Source: an uncultured archaeon (GTDB lineage: Archaea > Nanohalarchaeota > Nanosalinia > Nanosalinales > Nanoanaerosalinaceae). From it: DNA of 47,421 nt. The notes below the pieces were generated by a model that had not been told where the DNA came from, ran no database searches, and worked only from the letters and a program-made list of their open reading frames with translations. The stretch is from positions 1 through 47,421 of the forward strand of contig CAZWHR010000001.1 in NCBI GenBank assembly GCA_964633675.1, in the 5' to 3' direction. The position numbers and the translations under genes are program-made. Shown here piece after piece: positions 9,601 to 17,737 of the stretch (positions are counted from its first letter, which is position 1; every line of letters begins with the position of its first letter).

Positions 9601-11803
9601 AACTACGCAGACCCTCAAGGTAGAGGTAGCTAATTGCAGACCTGGAAACGAGTACCTGTTTGAGTTCGCTGATCCTCGACATGCAGCTATAACCGATGTT
9701 GAACGAGGTGGAGGAATAAGAGGACTAGGAGGCTGTAAGTTCACTCTTTCACTGATAGCCAGGCCTATAGGGATTCTAGGGCTTCAGGAGATTCAGTTGG
9801 TGGTGTCGGAGAAGCGGGAGGAGTTCGTACAAGAAGTAGATAGGCCTAGTGTCCCTGTAAGAGATAAACCAGGTATATTTAGCATAAGCAGGTCGGGAAC
9901 TATGCCTACGAGAGGTAGGTGGTTCGGTTTCAAGGTGCATGGTTTCATGCCCGAAGATATGGGTCTTAGACTAACTAATGCTGGCGGTCTCCCCATTTCT
10001 GTGGAGGAGGTGGATGCTGAGAGTATCACCAGCGGTGAAAAAACCGAGTTGGGTGAATCCGAGGACTTGATAGAGAAAGCTGTAGAATATATAGACGATT
10101 GGACCAGAAAGGTTTGGTTGCGTATACCTGAAGACTATGGAGGCAGCCAACAGCTAGATCTGGAGCTGATGTCTGAGGACACTCCGATACACAGGTTCAG
10201 ACAGGCTGTCCACGTACCTCAAAACTCCTTCATACAGGCTACATCCATAAGACCTGAGGTTGAGAGGGATAGAGCAGCTATATTTGGATTCGGTAGTGGA
10301 GGTGGTGGAGGAAATTGGATGAAGTTCCTGTTCAACCCGAGTAATCACTGTCTAAATGAGCTCGGTGATGAAGAATGTGCACAACAGTTCAAAGAAAGCC
10401 TTGAAGAGTTTGGGCTGGATGAAAACATAGATATAAGCAGTTCTACTCCAGGCAGCCTAACCATATCATTTGGCGGTACTAGCACCAGAAACTTTCTGAG
10501 TGGCGGTATAGGGGCATGCATATCCGGAGCTAACAGATACATAGGCAAGGTATGCATATATGAAAAAGGGAGGCAAGAGTCGCTGAAGGAAGCTAAAAAG
10601 GAATGCAGGAACTCATTTGACAGCAGGGAGGATCAGAATGAATGTATAGAAGCTGCATCTCAAGCACACGATCTTATATCAAACTGGGGGGCTTTCAGAC
10701 ACTGTGAGGAAGAGGTAAATTCTATTGAGGATGCTTGTAATTGCCTGCCAAAGGAGATGTTTGAGAGATGTAAGAGCAGGCACCCTGGCGAGTTGTCGGT
10801 TGAACTATCAGATATACCGCGGAGTTTCGCAATATCTGACCGAGGCTCTCGACAGGTCGCCTTCAAGCCATCTAACCTGAAGTACATGTTTGCCAGGGAG
10901 AACTCAGAAAAAGGAACTATGGATATAATACTGGCAACTTCGGATAAATCGGTGACTTTCAGAAATGTAGGCATAAACTATGATTCCATATATGCACTGG
11001 ATATAACCCCTGTACCGGATAACTGCAACGCAAACTGCAAGGCCGATGATGACTATACTAGAGGTCAGTGTTCACAGCGGGAACTTGGAGGGGACTGGGT
11101 GAAGAAACCTAGTCTAGGTGACTGCGCAGGAAATAAGGAATGTTATTGTAAGGAAAAGACCTCCAAGACTTCTTCCGCTCCAGCACCGGAAGACGCTACC
11201 GAGACGCTTGTTTCCCTTATAGGTAGGAAGGAATATACGCAGGACTGGCAGGAATATACGGTTTCGACGGAACTCTGTAGATCTTCTCCGGCCAAATGTT
11301 TAACAGGCATATTTGACAGCTTGGGATTGAGTGATAGTGTAAGGATACAGAGATCGAGTGCCCTAGACGCGAAAGTATCGGTAGGCGGTGAGTCCTACAG
11401 TTTCAACCCTTCGAAGCTTGAAACTGTGTTCATGAATAATGATAGAAGCCGTATCATCCTCCTGGCGGATAGATCCGTGTCGATTGACCTGTCCGAGGTT
11501 GCGGTTGGAGAACTCAATATCCCTGAAGATCCATTTGAGACCAGATTGTCCGGTTTCGATATCGGTATTAGGAACAGAGGTGGCAGGGAAGTATCGGTGA
11601 ATGCAGATATGCTGTTCACCCTGAAGTCGGAAGATAGTATAATGAAGTGGATTGTTGAGGACAGATCTAGTCTTCCTTCTGCAGAGGTAGCACCAACATT
11701 TTTGGACAGCATATTCAATGCTGTTGGTAATGGGATTAGGACAGTAGGGAAAAACACTAGGAGAATGTTTGGCAACCTTTTTGACCTAGTCAGCTTTGAT
11801 TGA
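6674..11803 (+). CDS. giant surface protein (1709 aa): signal peptide, PQQ/BamB-like propeller, FG-GAP-like propeller, internal TM hairpin, G/N/Q linker, Cys-rich C-terminal half
   Basis: Uninterrupted 5.1-kb ORF with an ATG start. N-terminal hydrophobic signal VVTSLIALALFLALSSTLVLSAP. Repeat families and TM segments were read directly from the translation (see repeat features). Confidence 0.85.
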   Translation: METSTRSYRSNVVTSLIALALFLALSSTLVLSAPLDSDSGDNEWNMLQRHVNHSGYTNSSSPANIVTSFLDSNDVDALSGMAVNRDFVYFGGVNNSMGLSRSLYQLNASDIHQSIAEFNKSGPISSTPALTDDYVYVGSNDTKVYQLNASNVSKEIANFSTEGGISASPAVSNGNVYIGSTDNKLYQLNASNVSDNITDFEAGDNINSSAAVGNGFVYVGSTDKRLYQLNASNVSIEISNFSTNGPILSSPTITDEYVYVGSDDNTIYQLNASNVSENISSFETGGRVRGELAIYNGYLYVGSNDGSVYQLNASNISNEIANFTTLSLANVTAPPVIAGDDVYVGAENDTDARIYQLSASNISNMRSEMRNFSTNRTSLNSLKPLAVSHGVLYMGDETSLYRVGNYNITGKSATLEFNDSLDYSSSNSTIVTGDVDGDNVTETVAGTSKGIMVVSYNGSSLAVEANHSLGLNCSDCLGISTEPLLADIDRDGDIEIVAGAYDDNTTYVFRHNGSGITEEASLQLDGRIYSSSPVTDDIDDDNTWEIIMGDADDSIHILNHDGSSLSEEASFSMGGMLADPVLADPDGDNTTEIVAASLNKNLYVLEYDGSSISEEDSFNTTNILEFEPVVSDVDDDNSQEIVLDRWNVSIFNHSGSQLREEGFFDKGCPVTTGVLNPRCMKQNGSSLATADFDGDNDTEIFTGGSTEVHLLRHNGSDIREVDSMSVENPVMSEPLVVDVDGDNITEAVFKDQEGIMYVFSKSSPIQMEHRNDLERSGTIRAIDEGTVVDRSSGGGLEFGAFSLYYYIKHLPTMVAIILMSITVLACLTLVLSMFLPKRFHRFASLRVLRYGSVTVLFVSLAGVGVYAASSIGSSAISDYSDAAACGDITGSGSFALVATNGERINLKTEPAPIPGDCGDVVPIPPGDGNGGNGNTGNPNQGQQGNGGVTTGGGISAKSAVVSGEIFRERPPQFRGLTTQTLKVEVANCRPGNEYLFEFADPRHAAITDVERGGGIRGLGGCKFTLSLIARPIGILGLQEIQLVVSEKREEFVQEVDRPSVPVRDKPGIFSISRSGTMPTRGRWFGFKVHGFMPEDMGLRLTNAGGLPISVEEVDAESITSGEKTELGESEDLIEKAVEYIDDWTRKVWLRIPEDYGGSQQLDLELMSEDTPIHRFRQAVHVPQNSFIQATSIRPEVERDRAAIFGFGSGGGGGNWMKFLFNPSNHCLNELGDEECAQQFKESLEEFGLDENIDISSSTPGSLTISFGGTSTRNFLSGGIGACISGANRYIGKVCIYEKGRQESLKEAKKECRNSFDSREDQNECIEAASQAHDLISNWGAFRHCEEEVNSIEDACNCLPKEMFERCKSRHPGELSVELSDIPRSFAISDRGSRQVAFKPSNLKYMFARENSEKGTMDIILATSDKSVTFRNVGINYDSIYALDITPVPDNCNANCKADDDYTRGQCSQRELGGDWVKKPSLGDCAGNKECYCKEKTSKTSSAPAPEDATETLVSLIGRKEYTQDWQEYTVSTELCRSSPAKCLTGIFDSLGLSDSVRIQRSSALDAKVSVGGESYSFNPSKLETVFMNNDRSRIILLADRSVSIDLSEVAVGELNIPEDPFETRLSGFDIGIRNRGGREVSVNADMLFTLKSEDSIMKWIVEDRSSLPSAEVAPTFLDSIFNAVGNGIRTVGKNTRRMFGNLFDLVSFD
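6929..7879 (+). repeat. about 8 tandem PQQ/BamB-like beta-propeller blades, each with Y-V-G-S-x-D-x-x-x-Y-Q-L-N-A-S-N-[VI]-S
   Basis: The YQL motif falls at aa 104, 145, 186, 227, 268 and 309, an exact 41-aa (123-nt) period, then at 355 and (YRV) 400. The repeat is visible at DNA level as taccagctgaatgc-tc-aatgt. Confidence 0.8.
7961..8944 (+). repeat. 7 FG-GAP/VCBS-like blades (integrin-alpha-type propeller)
   Basis: Seven D-x-D-x-D-N-x-x-E loops: DVDGDNVTE, DIDRDGDIE, DIDDDNTWE, DPDGDNTTE, DVDDDNSQE, DFDGDNDTE, DVDGDNITE. Each is followed by I-V/F-x-G and an H/Y-N/D-G-S-x-[IL]-x-E-E segment. Spacing is 47-59 aa. Confidence 0.7.
9104..9289 (+). other. internal transmembrane hairpin inside the 1709-aa protein
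   Basis: TM1 is TMVAIILMSITVLACLTLVLSMFL, the basic loop is PKRFHRFASLRVLR, and TM2 is YGSVTVLFVSLAGVGVYAASSIG. A PPGDGNGGNGNTGNPNQGQQGNGG linker follows. Confidence 0.6.
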
Positions 11804-11823
11804 TAGGAGGTGTGAAAGAAAAA

Positions 11824-12993
11824 ATGAAAAGAAAGATTAAGGCGCTGACGGTGATGTTGCTGATAGCATTGGCTATGCCGACAGTTTTTGCGCAGGAGGA
11901 TGCTAATGCTAGCAAAAGCGCCACTGTAGGCGCTGGAGATGAGGAAAGGCTTCATTTTGAAGTTCCGGACGAGTTCCAAGACAAGGAAAGCTTTAGGACT
12001 GTATTGAGACTGGAGAGTGGCAGGTCCATACTAGTAGAGAAATCACCTCCCCTGACCGATAGGACCTGGATAGGGCAGTTCGTGAAGATAGGAGGTCCTG
12101 ACAGCAACAGGGTTGTTGACCCCAATACACGCGTAATCTATCAGGTGGTTCCCAACGAGCAAAAGATAGCTATAGGCGTAGTGAAAGGATCTCTGGATGA
12201 ATCTCACTTCTATATAACCATTCCCTCTCTCTCCGCAAATGCGTATCCGAAACCGGTACAGGACGAGTCTCCCATTGTAGTCTCTCCAAAGAGATGTGAC
12301 AGTGTGCTGGTCACCCGTCCGGTAGAAGAAGGAGAGGTATTCAGATACCTCTCAGGCTTCCCTTGTAGAGTGCTTTCCGCCAGGGGAGGAGTTCCTGATA
12401 GAACTGTTTCCGCTCTACTTGGTGAGAAGGTGGAGCTAGGCCAATTAGAGGAGGGCGAGGTGGTGCAGTTAGATTTCCAGAACAGCAAAAACCTTAGGAA
12501 CGTCAAGATAACAGCTGGAGGCAGTGTGGAGGATGGCGCTATAACTATGAACCAGGTAGATGAAGAGGAATTAGATAGGGAGAATATAGGAGATGTAAAT
12601 GAGGAGGTTGTCTCGTACTTGAGAGCTGATCTCGAAAATATAGAGGATTCGGATATAAGGAACGCATACTTCACCTTTTCGGTTGACAAGGATAAAGTGG
12701 ATGCTTCAGCTGAGGGGGAGGTTGTCATGATGAGATATCGCGATGAATGGCGCGAATATACTGCTAGGCGGATAGGGGAGACTGACGACAAGTACCTGTT
12801 CCTAGCAAGCACTCCCGGAATGTCATACCTAGCTATAGCGGTAAAAGAGGTAGATACAGATGTGTCCGATTTTAAGGTGGGAATAATTACATTGCTTGTT
12901 TTTGCAACGGTGCTGGTAGTTGGAGGTGTGTGCTGGGCTCGTCGAAAGAAGGAAAAACGTAGAGATGATAGAGGTGGTGAGGATGCAGCATAG
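11824..12993 (+). CDS. secreted protein (389 aa) with C-terminal PGF-pre-PGF-like module, TM anchor and basic tail
   Basis: GGAGGTG at 11806-11812 and ATG at 11824. The track start at 11800 is a TTG overlapping the upstream stop. Signal peptide MKRKIKALTVMLLIALAMPTVFAQ. The C-terminus is ...LASTPGMSYLAIAVKE...ITLLVFATVLVVGGVCWARRKKEKRR. Confidence 0.75.
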   Translation: MKRKIKALTVMLLIALAMPTVFAQEDANASKSATVGAGDEERLHFEVPDEFQDKESFRTVLRLESGRSILVEKSPPLTDRTWIGQFVKIGGPDSNRVVDPNTRVIYQVVPNEQKIAIGVVKGSLDESHFYITIPSLSANAYPKPVQDESPIVVSPKRCDSVLVTRPVEEGEVFRYLSGFPCRVLSARGGVPDRTVSALLGEKVELGQLEEGEVVQLDFQNSKNLRNVKITAGGSVEDGAITMNQVDEEELDRENIGDVNEEVVSYLRADLENIEDSDIRNAYFTFSVDKDKVDASAEGEVVMMRYRDEWREYTARRIGETDDKYLFLASTPGMSYLAIAVKEVDTDVSDFKVGIITLLVFATVLVVGGVCWARRKKEKRRDDRGGEDAA

Positions 12994-15900
12994 TTTTAGG
13001 GAACCGATGGATAGTTCTGAAGCTTTAACCAGACTATGGAAAGCGGTTGCTATTTTACTGCTAGTTTTATCATTCACAGCTATATCTGCGTCTGCACCCG
13101 CTAATCTTGACAACCCCGCCATTGATGAAGCAGTAAACGTAACACCTCCTGTAGAACTTTCTGTGAGATATTCACACCCTAGAATAACTAACAACAATAT
13201 TATATTCTTTAGAATATGGGATAACAACACTTATAGCCGTATAGGTTCCTGTAGAGTTAAATCCGGTTCTCGATGTGGGGTAAACTGGACAAATCTAAAG
13301 CCTGGCTCTAGTTACAGGTACAAGGCAATGGTAAGAGTGGGTAGGAATCTATCTCGGAGCGAGACCTGGAGATTCACGACTAAGCCTACCCCGCCTCCAG
13401 AAAGCCTTAACTGCCAGTGTGTTACAAGCGGAAGTCATGAGACGGGGGAGGTGAGCTTTGATTTCAGCTGTGGCAGAGATCCTGATCGTGTAAAACTTAT
13501 AGGAGGTGAGGGAGGATGGAAGGATCCTAGTAGCTTCTTGCCATATTCTGTTGATGTAGAGAAACATAATGCAAGCATGAACGAGACTATAAGGTCTGAG
13601 TTCATGCTACAGAGGCGTAATGGTAGTAGAGTAGTTGGAATAGATAGAAAGACCTGTAGTGCGGAGTTAAGACATCCTAAAGAGAGTTCTGATACCAATA
13701 TTTCTGGCCCTGATTATCCTGATAGGGATACTCCGGACTGGGCTTTGTGCAAGAATCCCGAAAAATGCCTTATAGTGAATGGCACCGAGAAGTCCCTGCA
13801 CGGCATCCAGAACTACAAGAAGGTGCTGGTCATAAACGGTGGTGTCCTCCATGTAACGGATTACCGAGAGGGGGGTGGGAAACTGGTTCTTGCCTCTGAC
13901 AGCATATATGTTGATTCTAAATCCAGGATAGATGCTGAAGGACGTGGACTTCCCGGGGGTGAGAGCCCTATATGTTACCCTGATCGTGACAAGCCTAAGA
14001 TAGGAAGAAACGGTACAGGTATATCTGAAGGGGAGGGTGGTGGAGGAGCAAGTGGGAAGACTCATACCCCTGTAGAACGGAAGCGTTCCGATGTAGGTGC
14101 TGGCGGAGGTGGCGGTGGTCATGCGGCCAGAGGTGTGCATGGGGATCCTTCCCACAACCAGAACTTATGTGCAGGCGGACTACGTGATGCTTCCTGCTGG
14201 GCTTTTGGCCCCAAGGCCGGTAGAGGGGGGAGACCATACGGATCGAGATACGGTTCAAAGAACTTTCTAGGTTCTGGGGGTGGAGCTGGAGGCTGTGGAG
14301 CCTTAGCGGACATCCCTAATACAAAGTCAGGTCCAGGAGGTAGGGGTGGTGAAGGCGGAGATGGGGGTGGAGCTGTCACCTTGAAAGCAAGAGATGTTAT
14401 TATTGAAGGAGTTATAGATGCCGATGGAGAGGAAGGAGGAGCGGGAGAAGACGGTAGAATGCCTGTAGAATCGTTTGATGAAGATAGATGGGATCCTGTT
14501 AAAGGAACTGCTGGAGGAGGAGGTGGAGGCGGAAGCGGGGGCGGTATAAAGATAATTGGGAAGAAAGTCGATATTCCCGGGTCTCTCACTGCCAAAGGTG
14601 GCGAAGGCGGGAGAGGCGGTAGCGAGAATATTTTCCTAAATTCAACTCCTGAAGACGATAATCGGGAAGTTAGATCATTTGGCCGGAGGATGGAAGGAAG
14701 GTTGCTTCCTTATAGCTTGGTATCTGGTATATCCAATACTAATTCCCGACAGGGTGGGGCGGGTTCAGGAGGACGTATAAAGATATTTTCAGAGCGTACG
14801 ATTCGAGCCGATCACACCCTAGGAAATAAAGAACACCCCTTCTATAAGGGGATAAATAATCCTATTATTGATAGTCTTGGAACTTTAATTGGCTATGAAG
14901 CTATACCTTACAATAGAAAGAGAGGAACATTCTATTCAGATGATATAAAATACAAAGAACCTCAAATAAGTCCTTTTGTGGTTTCAGAATCTGCTCCTGA
15001 CCTGGTGGCGGGTAATAGATCTAGTACCGTATCCGGAGATAAGATATACGACGAAGTAAGGGTTGTGAACGGGAGCACCTTAAGAGTAAGAGATTTTGAG
15101 AAAGGAGACAACACTACCGGCAGACTGAATATAAAAGCAAATACTGTAGTAGTTGACGAAGATTCCCGTATAGTGGCGGATGGATCAGGATATTCTCCAG
15201 GTTCTGGGCCTGGAGCACCGACCTCAAAAAGAGGTAACGGAGGAGCATATGGAGGCCTAGGCTACTTTAATCCTGAAAAGGTTGGTTCCGGAAGAACGTA
15301 TGGTACCCAGTCCCTTATGGAGATTTCAAGAGGCTCAGGTGGAGGCGGCGGTTCTGGAGGAGGAGCCGTAGATATAAGAGCCAGGGAAATAGAGGTGAAG
15401 GGAACCATCTCCTCTAAAGGTAAAAACAGCAGTGACGGAGGCGGATCTGGTGGAGGCGTAATGGTTATAGGGGAGAATGTACGCCTGGATAATGCTTCAG
15501 CTAGAGGAGGGGGTGCAGGAGGCGGTACAGGTCTTAGTATAGGGGATCAGGCTGGTGGCGGTGGGGGAGGCAGAATCAAAGTATTTGCCGAACACCTGTC
15601 AGGTAATCAGCGTTTTTCCGTTTCAGGGGGAGGTTCCGAAATCTTTGAGAGTAAGGGGACTATATGGAAGGAATCTATAGATTATCCGGACGTAAATACC
15701 TCTATACTTGATGATATAGTTCTGACGCCGGGAGCCTCGTTCGATGTCTTTGCACAGGTTAGTGGAGAACCTATACTTGCTAGCAGAGGTGCTGTAGTTC
15801 CTTCTGCATGTAATGTTACGGTTAAGGATAGGGATGGAAATGCTGAAACCTACCGTATGGATATGGATAAGCAGTTTGGGGATAGAGAAGAAGCTCAATG

Positions 15901-16762
15901 TATATACACCGGAGTCTCTGTAGAGGACAATAAGGGCTGGAACATCTCGGACCGGCTGGAGGTTGAAGTCAAGGTCATGTTTGATACAGGAGACCAGTAT
16001 TCCAGGTCGATCCAGTATTCGTTCCCTGTGGAGAACCTTTCGGAGGATACCGAAGTAGGTTATATAAGTGCTCTTGTGAACCTGTCCGGAAGTTCCAAAG
16101 GCATTCCTGCTGGTGTATTTACCATAATAGCTAACACATCTTCATATAATCAGCGCATCTTAGGCAAGGTTAATAGGATTTTCAACACCAAAATTTCCAA
16201 CGGTACAGCCAGCGTTAACATTGGCAATGTCTCTAGAGGCGAACGCATAGATGTAAACTTTGAGTCCAATGTCACCGATTCTGCGCTGGTATCTGTTGAG
16301 TTCACTGCTGAAAACAACATTTCAGACGCAGGATTGGATGTTTCAGAGCTGGATGAGAAGCCTGAGGGTGTGGAACCTCCTAACGAAAGTCTAATCTCAG
16401 ATTACTGGCATGTAATACCTTCTAATATTTCTGAAGAGGATGTAAGAGATGTTGAATTTGTATTTGAGGTCTCAAAGGACAGGGTTGGTAGTATAAAGCA
16501 TCTGGAGGATCGAGCAATACTTCTTAAGAGCAGCGGAGGAGAATGGGTGGCTCTGGATATGTCGATGGTTGCGGAGACTGAGGACAGTTTTGTTATAGAA
16601 GCAAGTTCTTCTAGTTTGTCCTATCTTGCGGTGGCTCTGAAGGAGGATATATCTCAGAATTCTGACTATAGTAGCTTTCTATCGATTAATGCCTTGGTTC
16701 TCGTTATACTAGTTTTTGTTGTCTGCATTATTCTTGGCAGTAGAATATATGGAGGGGATTAA
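12983..16762 (+). CDS. giant secreted glycine-run protein (1259 aa), putative beta-helix, with C-terminal PGF-pre-PGF-like module and TM anchor
   Basis: GAGGTGGTGAGG then ATG at 12983, overlapping the upstream stop (12991-12993). The track start at 12920 is a TTG inside the upstream gene. Signal/anchor WKAVAILLLVLSFTAISASA. The C-terminus is ...SSSSLSYLAVALKED...LSINALVLVILVFVVCIILGSRIYGGD. Confidence 0.8.
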   Translation: MQHSFREPMDSSEALTRLWKAVAILLLVLSFTAISASAPANLDNPAIDEAVNVTPPVELSVRYSHPRITNNNIIFFRIWDNNTYSRIGSCRVKSGSRCGVNWTNLKPGSSYRYKAMVRVGRNLSRSETWRFTTKPTPPPESLNCQCVTSGSHETGEVSFDFSCGRDPDRVKLIGGEGGWKDPSSFLPYSVDVEKHNASMNETIRSEFMLQRRNGSRVVGIDRKTCSAELRHPKESSDTNISGPDYPDRDTPDWALCKNPEKCLIVNGTEKSLHGIQNYKKVLVINGGVLHVTDYREGGGKLVLASDSIYVDSKSRIDAEGRGLPGGESPICYPDRDKPKIGRNGTGISEGEGGGGASGKTHTPVERKRSDVGAGGGGGGHAARGVHGDPSHNQNLCAGGLRDASCWAFGPKAGRGGRPYGSRYGSKNFLGSGGGAGGCGALADIPNTKSGPGGRGGEGGDGGGAVTLKARDVIIEGVIDADGEEGGAGEDGRMPVESFDEDRWDPVKGTAGGGGGGGSGGGIKIIGKKVDIPGSLTAKGGEGGRGGSENIFLNSTPEDDNREVRSFGRRMEGRLLPYSLVSGISNTNSRQGGAGSGGRIKIFSERTIRADHTLGNKEHPFYKGINNPIIDSLGTLIGYEAIPYNRKRGTFYSDDIKYKEPQISPFVVSESAPDLVAGNRSSTVSGDKIYDEVRVVNGSTLRVRDFEKGDNTTGRLNIKANTVVVDEDSRIVADGSGYSPGSGPGAPTSKRGNGGAYGGLGYFNPEKVGSGRTYGTQSLMEISRGSGGGGGSGGGAVDIRAREIEVKGTISSKGKNSSDGGGSGGGVMVIGENVRLDNASARGGGAGGGTGLSIGDQAGGGGGGRIKVFAEHLSGNQRFSVSGGGSEIFESKGTIWKESIDYPDVNTSILDDIVLTPGASFDVFAQVSGEPILASRGAVVPSACNVTVKDRDGNAETYRMDMDKQFGDREEAQCIYTGVSVEDNKGWNISDRLEVEVKVMFDTGDQYSRSIQYSFPVENLSEDTEVGYISALVNLSGSSKGIPAGVFTIIANTSSYNQRILGKVNRIFNTKISNGTASVNIGNVSRGERIDVNFESNVTDSALVSVEFTAENNISDAGLDVSELDEKPEGVEPPNESLISDYWHVIPSNISEEDVRDVEFVFEVSKDRVGSIKHLEDRAILLKSSGGEWVALDMSMVAETEDSFVIEASSSSLSYLAVALKEDISQNSDYSSFLSINALVLVILVFVVCIILGSRIYGGD
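14030..15640 (+). repeat. glycine-run / short beta-strand repeat region
   Basis: Runs of G4-G7 alternate with short hydrophobic strands (AVTLKARDVIIEGVIDADG, GGIKIIGKKVDIPGSLTAKG, GGRIKIFSERTI, GAVDIRAREIEVKGTISSKG, GGVMVIGENVRLDNASARG, GGRIKVFAEHLSG). Two similar lead-in segments are VLVINGGVLHVTDYREGGGKLVLASDSIYVDSKSRIDAEGRG and VRVVNGSTLRVRDFEKGDNTTGRLNIKANTVVVDEDSRIVADGSG. Confidence 0.6.
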
Positions 16763-16831
16763 GCTGATGTTTCTGCGAAAGACCTTCCGGATTAAATAAT
16801 TTAAAGAAAGAGGAAGAACTTCCTGTTAGGG

Positions 16832-17737
16832 ATGGATATCACTATCGTTGGTGGAGCAGGCTTTGTAGGTTCAAATCTTGCAGACATCTTGAAAGATAAA
16901 GAAGACGTGTCTGTTACAGTGGCAGATCTGAACCCGAAAAATCCGGCTAAACCAATTTCTGAAGATGTAGAACGCCAAAATATGGATGTAACTGACTCCT
17001 CAACTATCAATTTTGAAGGTGCGGATGTTGTGGTGCATCTGGTTGCTCTGACACCTCTTAACAGCTCCGAAAGAGCACACCAGAAGGTTCATGTCGAAGG
17101 AACTGCTAATATAGTTGAAGCTGCTGAGGAAAAAGATGTTGAGCGCTTTATACATATGAGCGCCTTGGGTGCGGATCCTGAAGGCCAAACCTCATATATA
17201 AGGGCAAAAGGACAGGCTGAAAGATATGTGAGAGAGTCAAACCTTGATTACGCCATCTTTCGCCCTTCTGTAATCTTTGGTCGGGGGGACGAGCTTGTAT
17301 CAGGGATGATGGAGGCTGTCGGAATGTCTAGGTTTGTGCCTATACCTTCCCAGGTGCCTGAACTTCAACCACTGTATGTAAAAGATGTTGCCGAGATGAT
17401 ATCCGATGCGGCAGTCGGCGATATAGAGATGGGTAATATCTTTGAGATAGGAGGCCCGGAACAGATGGATCTTAAGGAGATGTTTGAAAAAGTATACAGC
17501 TCATTTGACGCAAAACCATACTTTCTGTCGATTCCTATGCCTATGGTTTTTGTTTTTCTGGCTTTTCTTGAGCTTATGCCGTTCACTCAGTTTGGTCTGG
17601 ATCAATACAGATTCCTGCGGATGGATAATGTAGTGGATGACAACGATATAAGGGGATTTGGCTTGTATAAGGAGAGCTTAACAACTTTTGAAGAGTTTCT
17701 GGAGATAAGAAAAATATCTAAGGGTGTAAAACAATGA
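16832..17737 (+). CDS. NAD(P)-binding atypical SDR (NDUFA9 / NmrA-like epimerase-dehydratase family)
   Basis: N-terminal Rossmann motif IVGGAGFVGSNL; 301 aa; RPSVIFG segment. Confidence 0.7.
   Translation: MDITIVGGAGFVGSNLADILKDKEDVSVTVADLNPKNPAKPISEDVERQNMDVTDSSTINFEGADVVVHLVALTPLNSSERAHQKVHVEGTANIVEAAEEKDVERFIHMSALGADPEGQTSYIRAKGQAERYVRESNLDYAIFRPSVIFGRGDELVSGMMEAVGMSRFVPIPSQVPELQPLYVKDVAEMISDAAVGDIEMGNIFEIGGPEQMDLKEMFEKVYSSFDAKPYFLSIPMPMVFVFLAFLELMPFTQFGLDQYRFLRMDNVVDDNDIRGFGLYKESLTTFEEFLEIRKISKGVKQ

Noticed and set aside
12920-12982. Track start codons at 12920, 11800, 25933, 40259, 41445 and 41875 (all TTG by my reading)
   Set aside because: In each case a downstream ATG is preceded by a GGAGG/GAGGTG-type RBS or gives the canonical family N-terminus. 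The TTG extensions overlap the upstream gene or add atypical leader residues.
11395-13230. Minus-strand ORFs spanning the junctions of the surface-protein genes (11395-11979, 12210-12812, 12829-13230)
   Set aside because: They cross plus-strand stop/start junctions that have RBS-coupled starts, and they have no motifs. The plus-strand proteins have signal peptides and a shared C-terminal module.
14119-14595. Proline-rich 158-aa minus-strand ORF
   Set aside because: It is the reverse complement of the GGN glycine runs in the 1259-aa protein (GGN reads as NCC, proline). It is an artefact of repeat composition.
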